From positions 25,406,547-25,447,373 of the forward strand of contig NC_068988.1 in assembly GCF_001194135.2 (NCBI RefSeq): a DNA stretch of 40,827 bases. The letters are read 5' to 3'. This document shows, piece after piece, positions 38,067 to 40,827 of the stretch (position 1 is its first letter; the number at the start of each line of letters is the position of its first letter). Position numbers and translations under genes: made by a program. Below the pieces are notes generated by a model. The model searched no databases, had not been told where the DNA came from, and saw nothing but the letters and a program-made list of their open reading frames with translations. The stretch comes from Octopus bimaculoides. Lineage: Eukaryota.

Positions 38067-40340
38067 CGATGATTTATATATAAATATACCTGAATATGCT
38101 GAGGAGTACACTCTTGCGTACTTAGTTTTCAATGTTTCTATATGTAAATGCATATAATTGAAAATTAATACAATCGGTTAAGCTATAGATCGTTTCATAA
38201 TTAAATATTAAAACGGTAAATACAGCCAATCGGCAAATGAAATGCTCGTTAGATAGCAGATACTACCTCAAATCAAACTGCTTTATTATATTTATACTCG
38301 CACACTATTAAATATGCTTCAAAAACCATGAACAACAAACACATAGACGTGGACACACACATTGGTTTCTGTATATTCTAAAGCTTTTGATCGGATATGT
38401 TCGTGTGTAAAAGTATATACGTGCATGTTTGTTTGAGGGAGTGGGATTATGATAATTACCATATGATATATCAACCAAGTGGTATAAATTTGATTATTGT
38501 GTGTGAAATCGTGTGCATATGCTTTCTTTGTGTATTCAATATTCGGCACTTTATCATACATGTTTTATCGAAGAAAACACACTTATGCAAACATACATTT
38601 GCATGACCACAGTAACACATGGACACACAGATGCTTATTGATATTATGGTAAAGTATTGAATGATTGAAAATCCGATAATTAAAGATTATTAAGCGATTA
38701 TAACACACAATCAACAGTGTTGGAATATATTAATTTAACACTCCCCAACTACAGTGAGAGTAAAGTTTTACTTTACCCATATATAAGCTCAGTTTACAAC
38801 TGTCCTCCCTTTCCGTTACATTTGAAGTGTATTAACAAAGTTATTGAATTATGATTCAATAATTTATTCAAACAATGTAAAATGTGGTTTTCTTCTTTAC
38901 GCATGCACACACACACACACACACACACATGCACACATATAGATACATATATAAATCGTACAGACATAAATGGTAATGGAAATGAGCGACAGAAAAGTAG
39001 ATGAAACAGGAGTAGTTAATGGCTGATTTAACTGTGTCAGCTAAAACTAAAACGACTGCAGCTACAAGTTGCCACAAAGACTGCTAGTTTGTTTCGTCAG
39101 TTAACTATTTTAATAAGAGAACATGCTACACTAAATATTTTAAAAGCTGGCTGGAAGGACATAACTTCCAATCAATTATCAGAACACTCCTGTAACGATC
39201 ACGTGGGATAAAATAGGACATTCTCGGGAAAGTTAAAGTAAATATTCATATGAATCTAATGACAAATTGTTTAGGTCCATGCTTTCGACCCACAAGCTTA
39301 GACACTTGTGTTGTTTATCACGAAACAGAAGCTGATGACTCATGCGTCAGTTTCTTTCTCGCAGATATGTTCACACCTATGAAAATACGTACGCAATTCA
39401 TATGTATATACATCAATGTACGCACATCATGTACGTACATAAATGTTTGCAATATAGAGGGACGTAATAATTATATAGAAATTCGTTCATATCAAATCAT
39501 ATGTAGTCATATACAGAAAAGTGCAGTCGCATGAAGGTACATTTGCGGATAATACACGTTTACAATAATATAAACGGCAAAGGAGCCATTCTTGCTGACG
39601 GAGGCGCGTATAAATGGAATGGAATGTACACAACTAGTATGTAACAAATTTCTGCTAAACAATTCAGTTTAGCAAAAGGGAAGAACGTGACATAAGAAAA
39701 ATTAAAAAATGTAATAGTATGATGATGGATATGGCTGCACAGTTACAAAGAACAATCGCATTTAGTGAATATAATCAGCATCCGCAACTCACCAAATCAG
39801 TAAATTGCATATATAGATGTTATAGAACAATTGGCCTATAATTCTAGGTAGCGATTGTGAGTCTTCTTACCTCATTCACAACATATTACGCGAGGGTTGC
39901 GCATACTAATTGAAATATAATCATTTCGCCAACTTAGCAAGATGTTTATGAAAACGGTTGACTGTCGAAAGAGGTGTAGCAGCGTATCTGAGAATTCTAG
40001 TTATACATGATGTGATTTGGGACAGATTACCTATANNNNNNNNNNNNNNNNNNNNNNNNNNNNNNNNNNNNNNNNNNNNNNNNNNNNNNNNNNNNNNNNN
40101 NNNNNNNNNNNNNNNNNNNNNNNNNNNNNNNNNNNNNNNNNNNNNNNNNNNNNNNNNNNNNNNNNNNNNNNNNNNNNNNNNNNNNNNNNNNNNNNNNNNN
40201 NNNNNNNNNNNNNNNNNNNNNNNNNNNNNNNNNNNNNNNNNNNNNNNNNNNNNNNNNNNNNNNNNNNNNNNNNNNNNNNNNNNNNNNNNNNNNNNNNNNN
40301 NNNNNNNNNNNNNNNNNNNNNNNNNNNNNNNNNNNNNNNN

Positions 40341-40371
<31 letters not shown>

Positions 40372-40739
40372 TGCTTAGTTCAAGCTAACAGTGTTGGTAA
40401 CATAATAGTTACTTCGAAGTTGATATTCAGATGAATGAATAAATATGAACTCAAAAGGTAGTAGGACCAAAGATGTATATTTGAGCATGGATATGAGTGT
40501 TTGTGCGAGGAGAGATGTATAATGGTTCGTGTATTCACAGCAAATCATATGAAAGCTGAACGGTTTGTTTGAGTTTAGTGTACATGAAATGCAATACTAT
40601 TTAATCATGTTATGTCACACAATACTTCCAAACACATAAGGTTATGCAAGGTAAATGATAGTGAAATAACTCAATGAATTGCATAATTCCAAAATCACAA
40701 CAAATTAATTGACTAATGTTAAATCCATAACGAACATAC

Positions 40740-40787
40740 ACGTATAACATATATATTTATGTATATATATATATAAATATGTTTATG

Positions 40788-40827
<40 letters not shown>
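40740..40827. repeat. (TA)n-rich microsatellite at the window end
   Basis: Directly visible. Confidence 0.9.

Overview
AT-rich eukaryotic DNA, dense in microsatellites, with nine N-gaps. The SINE repertoire suggests a coleoid cephalopod, probably Octopus (inference from recalled repeat sequence, not a search). Nearly all ORFs in the supplied track are artefacts of (TA)n/(CA)n tracts and N-runs. The only well-supported coding feature is one minus-strand exon encoding a complete Sushi/CCP domain (14744-14923, possibly extending to 15008), so most of the window is probably intronic or intergenic. The rest is a decayed non-LTR reverse transcriptase fragment (~2.0-2.9 kb), about eleven copies or fragments of three tRNA-derived SINE families, and a probable ~2.4 kb non-autonomous Helitron with both termini and its AT target site visible (35067-37480). 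The most interesting non-coding signals are a minimal hammerhead-ribozyme-like motif of the Penelope-like-element type (30605-30641), a 46-bp-arm hairpin (31364-31462) and a nested fold-back palindrome inside the Helitron. I found no convincing new multi-gene system.
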